From NCBI GenBank assembly GCA_024695145.1, contig JAILIS010000039.1, forward strand, positions 3,300-67,299: a DNA stretch of 64,000 nt, in the 5' to 3' direction. A program made the translations under genes and the position numbers. The notes beneath the pieces were generated by a model. It searched no databases and was not told where the DNA came from. It saw nothing but the letters and a program-made list of their open reading frames with translations. The first letter of the stretch is position 1. Each line of letters starts with the position of its first letter. Shown here piece by piece: positions 37,911 through 46,413 of this stretch. The DNA is from Lachnospiraceae bacterium. GTDB taxonomy: Bacteria > Bacillota > Clostridia > Lachnospirales > Lachnospiraceae.

Positions 37911-38803
37911 TATAAATGTTCCTCACTTTTCATTATTATCGACATATGATTGTACGGTATCTCTATACCGTTCCTTCCGAGCGCTTCAAAAACCCGCGTG
38001 TTGATATCATCCTTGAGCTTCTCGCCCGCTATCTCAGCATTATAGTACACGGTCACTGCCATTACAAGCGCGCTGTCCGAAAGATCGATGAAATAGATGT
38101 TCCCGTAATCTTTGCTGCCGTCCTTTTGTATCCTGCCCGGTATCGAGTACGGACTGCTCTTTACGGCATCCGATATTACTTTCTTTGTCTTTTCTATATC
38201 ACAATCATAGCTTACGGGAAACTTGAAAAGAGCGGATCTTTGCACATCTCCGAAACTGTAATTAAGTATCGATGCGGAGTTGATCCTGCTGTTGGGAATG
38301 ACCATCCTGAGAGTATCGATCCTTGCAAGGACAACATGCCTCATCGTGATACTCTCCACGATCCCGACCGTTCCGTCCTCAAGTTCGATCCTGTCACCGA
38401 GATCAAACGGCTTGTATATACTGATGAGCAGTCCGGAAAGAATATCCTTTATCACATCCTGCGCCGCAAAACCTATCACACCCGTGATGACAGCGGCACT
38501 TCCGAGAAGCGAACCGCCCACATTCTTCCAGCCGAGAATAGATATTATGACCACAGCGGCGACACCGACCGAAGCCATCCTCTCGAGGAACTCTATGTGG
38601 ATCCGGTTACCCCGCTTGTTTCGAAGTGTTCGAAACAGTCGGTGGACCAGCTTTTTTAACAGCCAGTACAGTAATATATATGCGCCGGTCCCCAGGATGA
38701 CCACGATGAAAGTGATCAGAACCGCAGTGGAACCGGCACCGACTTTGGTCATCCCGCATTCCTTTAAAAATTCCGTAAGCAGTGTGTAAGCAGTATTCAT
38801 CAA
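37910..38803 (-). CDS. mechanosensitive ion channel (MscS family)
   Basis: 297 aa and 3 TM, followed by the beta domain SGLLISIYKPFDLGDRIELEDGTVGIVESITMRHV. Confidence 0.85.
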   Translation of the reverse strand: MMNTAYTLLTEFLKECGMTKVGAGSTAVLITFIVVILGTGAYILLYWLLKKLVHRLFRTLRNKRGNRIHIEFLERMASVGVAAVVIISILGWKNVGGSLLGSAAVITGVIGFAAQDVIKDILSGLLISIYKPFDLGDRIELEDGTVGIVESITMRHVVLARIDTLRMVIPNSRINSASILNYSFGDVQRSALFKFPVSYDCDIEKTKKVISDAVKSSPYSIPGRIQKDGSKDYGNIYFIDLSDSALVMAVTVYYNAEIAGEKLKDDINTRVFEALGRNGIEIPYNHMSIIMKSEEHL

Positions 38804-38825
38804 TTACCGCGCTTTCTCCATATCC

Positions 38826-39539
38826 TTATCCGATATTTCTGACTCTTCCGATGGAAATATAATTTCCGAGTACCGCATCGTAGTCGGAGCCCTCCTCCGA
38901 TGCCGGAGCATGAACTCCTTCAACCATCAGCCGTACTCCCCCGTCACTGAATCTTTCGATCTCATTGTAATGATCTTCAAAATAAGCCAGCCGGGATACT
39001 TTTCTGTCCCTCAGTATACCATTGCATTCTTTCAAAGAACAGCCCGGAAAATTGACGTTGATTATCTGTCCCGGGATATACGGCTCTTTGATAAGCTCAC
39101 CGATAAGCTCTTTTAAGTACCTGTCGGTAACCTCATGACATTCTCCGAAATCCTCGGAAAAAGCTATGGCGCGTATCCCCTGGAATTCTGCTTCAAAAGC
39201 AGCTCCGGCCGTTGCCGAATACTGTATGTCTGATGCCATGTTATACCCGTAATTGATGCCGGAGAACACTATATCTGGCTTGTGAGGCATGATATTGAGG
39301 CTCCCAACTCTGACACAGTCCGCAGGGGTCCCGCTGCACGAAAATGCCGTGACTCCCTCAACCGGAAAATCATGCGGATGCAGATCGATATGCTGACGCA
39401 GCGTGATACTGTGTGATGTGGCACTGTTCTGCTCATGCGGTGCCACAACCCAAACATTGCCGAAGCATGTTGCAGCTTCGGCAAGTCTAACGATCCCGTC
39501 TGAGATTATCCCGTCATCATTCGTGATAAGAATATCCAT
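38826..39539 (-). CDS. surE: 5'/3'-nucleotidase SurE
   Basis: The MDILITNDDGI start motif and GINYGYN are present. I set the start at ATG 39539, because the track start overlaps marR. Confidence 0.85.
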   Translation of the reverse strand: MDILITNDDGIISDGIVRLAEAATCFGNVWVVAPHEQNSATSHSITLRQHIDLHPHDFPVEGVTAFSCSGTPADCVRVGSLNIMPHKPDIVFSGINYGYNMASDIQYSATAGAAFEAEFQGIRAIAFSEDFGECHEVTDRYLKELIGELIKEPYIPGQIINVNFPGCSLKECNGILRDRKVSRLAYFEDHYNEIERFSDGGVRLMVEGVHAPASEEGSDYDAVLGNYISIGRVRNIG

Positions 39540-39546
39540 AAAACCC

Positions 39547-39993
39547 TCAGGGCGTATCAAGGAACTTGTACAGCAGCCTGTACAATTCACCGGCTTCCTC
39601 GCGGGTAAGAGGCGATCCGTTCTCGGAAATCTTAAGAGGTATGTCCCTGCACTTTTCCTTAAGATCATTCCCCTTTCCGGTGATGCTCACTATCGTGACT
39701 CTTTCGTCTTCCTTGGAGCGTTCCCTCGTGATATAGCCTTCTTTCTCAAGATGTTTGAGGAGCGGTGTGAGCGTTCCGGCATCAAGATGCAGTATACTGC
39801 CAAGCTGACCGACGTTCACTTTCTCGAGCTCCCACAGTACCATGAACACGACATACTGCGTATAAGTCAGACCGAGCGGTTTGAGATACGGTGTATAGGC
39901 GTTTACGACCTTTCTGCTGCACGCATACAGCGGGAAGCATACTTGATTTTTCAATAATAACTGTTCGTATTCCTGTGCCATATTCCCTGTCAC
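39547..39993 (-). CDS. MarR-family regulator, OhrR-like (single conserved N-terminal Cys)
   Basis: NQVCFPLYACSRKV...LTYTQYVVFMVLWE...LDAGTLTPLLKHLEKEGYITRERSKEDER closely parallels B. subtilis OhrR as I recall it. Confidence 0.75.
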   Translation of the reverse strand: MTGNMAQEYEQLLLKNQVCFPLYACSRKVVNAYTPYLKPLGLTYTQYVVFMVLWELEKVNVGQLGSILHLDAGTLTPLLKHLEKEGYITRERSKEDERVTIVSITGKGNDLKEKCRDIPLKISENGSPLTREEAGELYRLLYKFLDTP

Positions 39994-40536
39994 CTACAAT
40001 AGTCCTTCAACACATTTGTCGACCATATCCATTTTAGCAGTTGGTTCAAATCTTGCAACCACATTTCCGTTTCGGTCCACAACAAATTTTGTAAAGTTCC
40101 ATTTTATCTCGGAATTATTCTTGTAGTCCTTGTCGATCTTTGAAAGCATGGCAGACATCGCAAGAGCCTTTGGCCCTTTTCCGAACCCTTCAAAGCCTTT
40201 CTGCTCCTTCAGATATCGAAACAGGCCTATGGCGTTCTCACCGTTTACGTCCGCTTTCTTCATCTGGGGGAACTTTGTGTTGTACTTGAGTGTACAAAAT
40301 TCATGGATCTCTTCATCAGTTCCGGGAGTCTGGCCCGCAAACTGGTTGCAGGGAACATCGATCACCTCGAATCCTCTGTCATGATACTTTTCGTACATAG
40401 CCTCGATATCCTTGTAATGAGGAGTGAATCCGCATCCGGTGGCAGTATTGACTACAAGTACCACCTTGCCTTCGTATTCCTTCATGGATATCTCTTCGCC
40501 TGATGCCGCAGTTACGTTTTGATCATAAAATCCCAT
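39994..40536 (-). CDS. glutathione peroxidase family protein (Cys type)
   Basis: 180 aa. The call rests on VVNTATGCGFTPHY, FEVIDVPCNQFAGQ and the WNFTKF motifs. Confidence 0.85.
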   Translation of the reverse strand: MGFYDQNVTAASGEEISMKEYEGKVVLVVNTATGCGFTPHYKDIEAMYEKYHDRGFEVIDVPCNQFAGQTPGTDEEIHEFCTLKYNTKFPQMKKADVNGENAIGLFRYLKEQKGFEGFGKGPKALAMSAMLSKIDKDYKNNSEIKWNFTKFVVDRNGNVVARFEPTAKMDMVDKCVEGLL

Positions 40537-40577
40537 AATATGGCCCTCCTTTGTTTTATTTATTTATGTTTGACCAT

Positions 40578-40606
40578 ATTATATTGTGTCCTATTTAATT
40601 TGTCAA
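40578..40606 (-). promoter_or_regulatory. consensus sigma-A promoter for gpx-ohrR-surE
   Basis: On the minus strand, TTGACA (40606-40601, overlapping the stop of the small Cys-rich ORF), a 17-nt spacer and TATAAT (40583-40578). Confidence 0.65.
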
Positions 40607-40779
40607 GGAGTTTTTTTACGGCAGCCTGCGCACATTTTACAATGTGCGCAGTTCCCGCCGCAGGAGGAGAAACCTTTCCTTTTGTCTGATATGAGTTTCC
40701 AAATGATCGCTGCAACGATCACGGCAAGGATCGCAAGCACAACTATCGTCCCTGCATTGTCGCTTATCCATGTAAGCAT
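40603..40779 (-). CDS. FeoB-associated Cys-rich small membrane protein (58 aa)
   Basis: It is below the ORF-track size cutoff. My translation is MLTWISDNAGTIVVLAILAVIVAAIIWKLISDKRKGFSSCGGNCAHCKMCAGCRKKTP. It has one TM and a CxxxCxxCxxCxxC tail. It starts 4 nt after the feoB stop. Confidence 0.8.
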   Translation of the reverse strand: MLTWISDNAGTIVVLAILAVIVAAIIWKLISDKRKGFSSCGGNCAHCKMCAGCRKKTP

Positions 40780-40783
40780 TTTC

Positions 40784-43180
40784 TTACCCCGTTATGGTAA
40801 GCTTGTCCGCTTCCTTGTACTTCTTAAAGAACAACATGTATATGATGGCCGCGAGCACGGCTACGGCAAAGATCAGACCGATAATGCTGACTGTGCCGGT
40901 GAAAAGTCCGCCGAACTGGTTGATCATCAGTGCTATGGCATACGCGAAGCCGCACTGGTATAAGATCGCAAACCATGTCCACCTGGGATTGTTCATCTCA
41001 CGCTTGATCGCACCTATGGCGGCAAAGCACGGTGCGCACAGCAGATTGAATACCAGGAATGAGAATCCCGTCACTCCGGTAAATGCGGCCGAAAGCGCCT
41101 GCCATGCAGTCATATCTCCGCCGCCGTACAGAATGCCCATCGTTCCGACAATGTTTTCCTTTGCCACAAGACCGGTAATGGACGCAACGGCTGCCTGCCA
41201 GTTACCCCATCCGAGCGGAGCGAATATCCATGCGATGGCGCCGCCTATTTTGGCAAGGATCGAAAGATCGAGTTCTTCATCCGACAGCATCCTGAATCCG
41301 TCCGAGGCAAATCCGAAATAACTTGTGAACCAGACAACGATCGTTGACAGAAGGATTATGGTGCCGGCCTTCTTGATGAACGACCATCCGCGCTCCCACA
41401 TCGAACGTAGAACGTTTACAAGAGTAGGCATGTGATACGCGGGAAGTTCCATAACAAACGGAGCCGGATCACCAGCGAACATCTTGGTTTTCTTGAGCAT
41501 TATTCCCGACACAACGATGGCCGCCATGCCGATAAAATATGCCGATGTCGATACCCATGCGGATCCGCCGAAGATCGCACCTGCTATCATTGCAATGAAC
41601 GGTACCTTTGCACCGCAGGGGATAAATGTCGTAGTCATGATCGTCATACGGCGGTCACGTTCGTTTTCTATTGTACGGCTGGCCATGACACCGGGAACTC
41701 CGCAGCCCACACCGATGAGCATCGGTATGAATGATTTTCCGGACAGGCCGAACCTTCTGAACACACGGTCAAGCACAAACGCTATACGTGCCATGTAGCC
41801 GCAGGCCTCGAGGAATGCCAGCATGAAGAAGAGAACGAGCATCTGGGGCACGAAACCGAGCACGGCACCTACGCCGGCCACGATACCGTCAAGGATCAGT
41901 CCCTTCAGCCAGTCGGCAACCCCGATACTGTCAAGAGCTGACTCGACAAGACTCGGAATACCGGGGATCCATGTGCCGTACTGTGCAGGATCGGGTTCTT
42001 CACCTATCCGCTCCACGGTGGCAAGAGCTTCATCGTAATCGGCAATGCTTGCCGTCTCTTCCGATGTCTCGAGCGTCTCCTCATCTTCAACCGTATATGT
42101 AAACTCTCCCGACGGTGCGCTGCCGTTTTCTTCAACGTAAGCATCATAACCGTCCACGATCGCCGAAGCTTCTGCATATTCTTCAGCTATCTCACCGTAG
42201 CCTCCGTCCATACCGAACAGATGGAATCCGTCGCCGAAAAGACCGTCGTTTGCCCAATCCGTAGCCGGTGCACCGACAGCCACCATGGCTATCCAGTATA
42301 CAAGGAACATGACCACGCCGAATATGATCAGACCCAGGATACGGTTGGTCACGATCTTATCGATCTTGTCGGATGTGGTAAGAGCTCCGGCATTTTTCTT
42401 CTTATAACATGACTTGATGACTTCGGCGATATATATGTATCTCTCGTTCGTGATTATCGACTCGGCATCATCATCGAGTTCCTTCTCGGCGGCCTCGATA
42501 TCCTTCTCTATATGAGAAAGCTTGTCGGCGCTGATGTTCATCTTCTCCATGACTTTGTCGTCACGCTCGAATATCTTTATCGCATACCATCTCTGCTGTT
42601 CCTCGGGCATGTCATGAACGACCGCCTCTTCTATATGGGCTATCGCATGCTCCACAGGTCCGGAGAAACTGTGAAGAGGTACGGTCTTACCGCTGTTCGC
42701 GGCTTTGATCGCCTCCTCGGCTGCAGCCATCGTTCCGTCACCCTTCAGCGCGGATATCTCTATGACCTTGCACCCGAGCTGTCTTGACAGTTCTTCGATA
42801 TTTATAATGTCCCCGTTCTTTCTGACAACATCTATCATGTTGACAGCGACTACAACGGGTATTCCGAGCTCGGTGAGCTGTGTCGTAAGATACAGGTTTC
42901 TTTCAAGGTTTGTTCCGTCTATTATATTCAGTATCGCATCGGGACGCTCCCCTACCAGATAGTTCCTGGCAACCACTTCCTCCAGTGTATACGGAGAAAG
43001 TGAATATATGCCGGGAAGGTCTGTTATGGTCACATCATCATGCTTTTTGAGCTTTCCTTCTTTCTTTTCAACGGTTACTCCGGGCCAGTTTCCCACAAAC
43101 TGATTGGAACCGGTCAGAGAGTTGAACAGTGTTGTCTTTCCGCTGTTCGGATTTCCCGCAAGTGCTATACGCAAACTCAT
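40784..43180 (-). CDS. feoB: ferrous iron transporter FeoB
   Basis: 798 aa. The N-terminal G domain is IALAGNPNSGKTTLFN, followed by a large polytopic permease. Confidence 0.95.
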   Translation of the reverse strand: MSLRIALAGNPNSGKTTLFNSLTGSNQFVGNWPGVTVEKKEGKLKKHDDVTITDLPGIYSLSPYTLEEVVARNYLVGERPDAILNIIDGTNLERNLYLTTQLTELGIPVVVAVNMIDVVRKNGDIINIEELSRQLGCKVIEISALKGDGTMAAAEEAIKAANSGKTVPLHSFSGPVEHAIAHIEEAVVHDMPEEQQRWYAIKIFERDDKVMEKMNISADKLSHIEKDIEAAEKELDDDAESIITNERYIYIAEVIKSCYKKKNAGALTTSDKIDKIVTNRILGLIIFGVVMFLVYWIAMVAVGAPATDWANDGLFGDGFHLFGMDGGYGEIAEEYAEASAIVDGYDAYVEENGSAPSGEFTYTVEDEETLETSEETASIADYDEALATVERIGEEPDPAQYGTWIPGIPSLVESALDSIGVADWLKGLILDGIVAGVGAVLGFVPQMLVLFFMLAFLEACGYMARIAFVLDRVFRRFGLSGKSFIPMLIGVGCGVPGVMASRTIENERDRRMTIMTTTFIPCGAKVPFIAMIAGAIFGGSAWVSTSAYFIGMAAIVVSGIMLKKTKMFAGDPAPFVMELPAYHMPTLVNVLRSMWERGWSFIKKAGTIILLSTIVVWFTSYFGFASDGFRMLSDEELDLSILAKIGGAIAWIFAPLGWGNWQAAVASITGLVAKENIVGTMGILYGGGDMTAWQALSAAFTGVTGFSFLVFNLLCAPCFAAIGAIKREMNNPRWTWFAILYQCGFAYAIALMINQFGGLFTGTVSIIGLIFAVAVLAAIIYMLFFKKYKEADKLTITG

Positions 43181-43198
43181 CTTTATCTCTTCCTTCCT

Positions 43199-43462
43199 TT
43201 ATCTGACTTCGATCATTTCCGCATCTGCTTTACGGATCGACAGTTCATAATTCCTGACGTTGATCTCGATCGGATCGCCTAAAGGCGCAACCTTTCGTAC
43301 GAGTACCTCCGTGTTCTTTGTGATACCCATATCCATTATGCGTCTCTTTACCGCTCCCTCTCCGTGGAGCTTGACGACCGTGGCCTTTTCTCCGATCTTA
43401 ACGTCTCTTAAAGTCCTCACTGTGATCTCCTCCTTTAACACTTCCAAACAATGCATTGTCAC
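43199..43462 (-). CDS. feoA: FeoA domain protein
   Basis: 87 aa, SH3-like FeoA pattern (RRIMDMGITKNTEVLVRKVAPLGDPIEI). Confidence 0.8.
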   Translation of the reverse strand: MTMHCLEVLKEEITVRTLRDVKIGEKATVVKLHGEGAVKRRIMDMGITKNTEVLVRKVAPLGDPIEINVRNYELSIRKADAEMIEVR

Positions 43463-43675
43463 TCAGATCATGATCTTTCTTGCCAGTTCATCACTGACTG
43501 CCACCCGGCTCTCTTTGACCTTAACTATCAGATTGTTGCCGAGAGAATTGATCACACTGACCTCTCCTCCGACATTGAATCCGAGATCCTCCAGGTGCTT
43601 TTTTACTTCCGGGCTCCCGCCGATCTTTCTGATGATCTGGGGCTGTCCCGCTTCCGCGAAAACAAGCGGCATCAT
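43463..43675 (-). CDS. feoA: FeoA domain protein (second copy)
   Basis: 70 aa. It contains KKHLEDLGFNVGGEVSVI. A GGAAGGAGGA SD lies upstream. Confidence 0.75.
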   Translation of the reverse strand: MMPLVFAEAGQPQIIRKIGGSPEVKKHLEDLGFNVGGEVSVINSLGNNLIVKVKESRVAVSDELARKIMI

Positions 43676-43697
43676 TTACATCCTCCTTCCGTTTCGA

Positions 43698-43784
43698 TTA
43701 GCTGCCGCTAACCAAACGATTCTTTTTACCGGTAAAAACATTTCAGCCACCGATTATTATAGTTAGCAATGGCTAATATGTCAA
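43698..43784 (-). promoter_or_regulatory. feo promoter with two TTAGC-N4-GCTAA palindromes and a 16-bp perfect palindrome
   Basis: On the minus strand, TTGACA (43784-43779), a 17-nt spacer and TATAAT (43761-43756). The spacer contains TTAGCCATTGCTAA (43763-43776). A second copy, TTAGCTGCCGCTAA, is at 43698-43711 next to the SD. TTTTTACCGGTAAAAA is at 43723-43738. Confidence 0.6.
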
Positions 43785-43814
43785 GGGTTTATTAATGTGA
43801 TCACGGCAGGATTT

Positions 43815-44939
43815 CTACGTTTCTTCGCTGAAATCGGTATCCATGGCGATCTGAAGTTCGTGATCGGGGAATTCTTCCGAAACCTTTTGAAGCACATCGG
43901 AATAGACCTTATTGCGGTCATGCGCATCAAAGCTTATGACGATATCGAACCTTATGGTCTTTTCGACTTTGTCGATATAGAAGCCGTGCATCTGAAGAAC
44001 GTAAGGCTCCTTCGCTATGATGGCGGCCACTTTCTTTCTGGCCTCAACAGCGTCGGGGTCCTGTGTATTATATGAATATACACCGATGGCGGTAAGTATC
44101 ACATCATGCTCCTCGTATACCCTGACCTGTATCTTTCGAAGCAGCTTGTCGAGATCATCCGCCGACAGGGTGTCCGGCACTTCTATATGAACCGAACCGT
44201 TATATGATTCCGGTCCGTAATTGTGCATAACAAGATCATAGACGCCGTTGACTTCCGGATAGGAGGCTATCGTCTGTTTTATGCTGCGCGCAAGAGATGC
44301 ATCGACACGCTCACCGAGAATCTTTGACAGGGTTTCCCTTAACATATCAAATCCTGCTTTTACTATGATCAGAGCTATCAGCGCACCAAGCCATGCTTCA
44401 AGAGACAGTCCGAAGATCATGTATACGGCAGCAGCCGCAAGCGTGGACGCACTTATAACGGAATCGAGCATCGCATCATCTCCCGAATTGACAAGTGCAT
44501 CGGAGTTGACTTTTTTGCCAATGCTTTTTACATATCTTCCGAGAGCTATCTTCACAAGCACGGCGACGCCCACAATGATCAGTGATGCCGTGCTGTAATC
44601 AGGTGTATCCGGATGTATGATCTTTTTAACGGATTCGACAAAGGCGGTTATACCGGCATACAGAACGATCACCGATATGATCATGGCGGAAAGGTATTCC
44701 ACCCTGCCGTATCCGAACGGATGCTTTTTATCGGGTTCCCTGCCGGCAAGCTTTGTTCCTATTATTGTTATGACGGAGCTGGCCGCATCGGATATATTGT
44801 TCACGGCATCCATCACTATAGCAACGGAACTGGCCGTGATCCCGACAACGGCTTTGAATATCGCAAGGAGCACATTGGCAGCGATCCCCGTTATACTGGT
44901 CCTGATTATCGTACTGTTTCTTTCCGAGCGTTCATCCAT
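43815..44939 (-). CDS. cation diffusion facilitator (CDF) family metal efflux transporter
   Basis: 374 aa and 6 TM. It has the DAVNNISD and SGDDAMLDS metal-site motifs plus a C-terminal cytoplasmic domain. Confidence 0.8.
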   Translation of the reverse strand: MDERSERNSTIIRTSITGIAANVLLAIFKAVVGITASSVAIVMDAVNNISDAASSVITIIGTKLAGREPDKKHPFGYGRVEYLSAMIISVIVLYAGITAFVESVKKIIHPDTPDYSTASLIIVGVAVLVKIALGRYVKSIGKKVNSDALVNSGDDAMLDSVISASTLAAAAVYMIFGLSLEAWLGALIALIIVKAGFDMLRETLSKILGERVDASLARSIKQTIASYPEVNGVYDLVMHNYGPESYNGSVHIEVPDTLSADDLDKLLRKIQVRVYEEHDVILTAIGVYSYNTQDPDAVEARKKVAAIIAKEPYVLQMHGFYIDKVEKTIRFDIVISFDAHDRNKVYSDVLQKVSEEFPDHELQIAMDTDFSEET

Positions 44940-45130
44940 GTTATCAACCTGCCTTTGATCTATTATTTAGTAGCGTTTACAGCTTTCATTGATTATACAT
45001 TATCACGCGTGAAAATGTATATATCGTTTTGATCTTCCGTTTTGCGGCAAAACTGATGTGACTTTTTGCTCCTGCTGTCTTATAATATTTATTCAGACAC
45101 AGATCGATAATATCACAGGAGGATAAATAA

Positions 45131-45814
45131 ATGAACAGATTCAAAAGGGCCGTCGCCGTCATAATACTCGCGGTATCAGTTATGGTTCTTCTTGCAGGCT
45201 GCAGTGCAAATATCAATGTATCAACGCGACCTGATAACGATGCGCCCGCCGGCTCCGCATCTTCCGATGACTCTATGCCCGAAGAAGATGGCAGCACGGA
45301 TGAAGAAGTCCCTCCCCGTGATCAGGGAATATGGTTTATGGGCGGACTTGTAAGTGATGAAAAAGGCTTCTACATGAAGGTGGCCATTTACAGGCTGGAC
45401 GGTGACGGAGTTGCCGTAGTAACGGACGGAGAAGATATATATTACGGCGAATATGAGACCAAAGACACCGGGTTTGATGACGGGACGCCGTGGACACTTA
45501 TCAAGGTCGGAGGTAAACAGTTCGGTTACTATTTCGGTGACAATAATGACAGCTTTATCGTAGATAATGATAACAACAGGATCAAAGCGGTCGATATGGA
45601 TGAAGCGGCCGGCATGGAGCTGTTTGAGGCAACCGACATGAATGACGATTTTGAGGGAGATATATCTTTTCTCGAGGAACAGTCCGGCGTCAGGGAATTT
45701 AAAGATTTCGACGACATCATCGCACATCTTGAGCCCGGCCAGGGATATGCCTACATCAAACTTACGGGAAGCGACGTTTTTGTTCAGTCCCGGTCGCTTA
45801 TCGCGATTCCGTAA
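45131..45814 (+). CDS. lipoprotein, unknown function
   Basis: The signal peptide carries the lipobox VLLAGCSA. A GGAGGA SD lies upstream. The 3' end overlaps the convergent regulator gene by 31 bp. Confidence 0.6.
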   Translation: MNRFKRAVAVIILAVSVMVLLAGCSANINVSTRPDNDAPAGSASSDDSMPEEDGSTDEEVPPRDQGIWFMGGLVSDEKGFYMKVAIYRLDGDGVAVVTDGEDIYYGEYETKDTGFDDGTPWTLIKVGGKQFGYYFGDNNDSFIVDNDNNRIKAVDMDEAAGMELFEATDMNDDFEGDISFLEEQSGVREFKDFDDIIAHLEPGQGYAYIKLTGSDVFVQSRSLIAIP

Positions 45815-46413
45815 TGTCTGGCCATCAGGGCGAGCTCCAGCCTGCTCCTGTAGCCGGATTTTTGAAGCATGTTCGTTATGTGCATCTTGACGGTCGATTG
45901 GGCCATGGAAAGGTTTTCCGCTATCTCCTTGTTGGAAGCACCTGTCACGAGTTCCTTTAATACCTCAGTCTCCTTATCGGTGAAATCCGTACTCATTGTA
46001 TTTCCGATCGGAACCTCGACCTGCTCGCTTGGGTAAACGATCTCGCCCGACATGACCCGGTCCATTATCTCCTGAATTGACTGTTCCTGGATCTCTTTCT
46101 GCCAGAAGCCTTCAACTCCTGTCTCTTTCGCCCTTTTTTCATATGACAGTTCAGGCATGGAAGTAACCACGATTATCTTCACATCAGGCTTTGCGATCTT
46201 GATCATCTCCGACGCATCAAGTCCGTTCATACTGCCCGGAAAAAGCACATCCATCAACACCAGATCGGTATCGTTTTTTTCAATATACTTTACCGCCTGC
46301 AAAGCTGTCGGAAACGATGCGGCAAGTTTATAATCCCCGGATCTTTTTACGGTATTTTCAAAAATCTCGCGTATCATCCGGAAATCCTCGGCGATTACCA
46401 CTTTATATGACAT
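45784..46413 (-). CDS. LuxR/NarL-family response regulator
   Basis: The receiver is VVIAEDFRMIRE...LVLMDVLFPG. The C-terminal HTH is TDKETEVLKELVTGASNKEIAENLSMAQSTVKMHITN. I set the start at MSYKV (46413). Confidence 0.85.
   Translation of the reverse strand: MSYKVVIAEDFRMIREIFENTVKRSGDYKLAASFPTALQAVKYIEKNDTDLVLMDVLFPGSMNGLDASEMIKIAKPDVKIIVVTSMPELSYEKRAKETGVEGFWQKEIQEQSIQEIMDRVMSGEIVYPSEQVEVPIGNTMSTDFTDKETEVLKELVTGASNKEIAENLSMAQSTVKMHITNMLQKSGYRSRLELALMARHYGIAISDRD

Noticed and set aside
40586-40963. 125-aa plus-strand ORF overlapping the feoB 3' end.
   Set aside because: It is antisense to feoB and to the clearly genic 58-aa Cys-rich ORF. It has no SD.
44986-45297. 103-aa minus-strand ORF across the CDF/lipoprotein divergent region.
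   Set aside because: It overlaps the promoter region and the 5' end of the plus-strand lipoprotein gene. It has no SD or family features.
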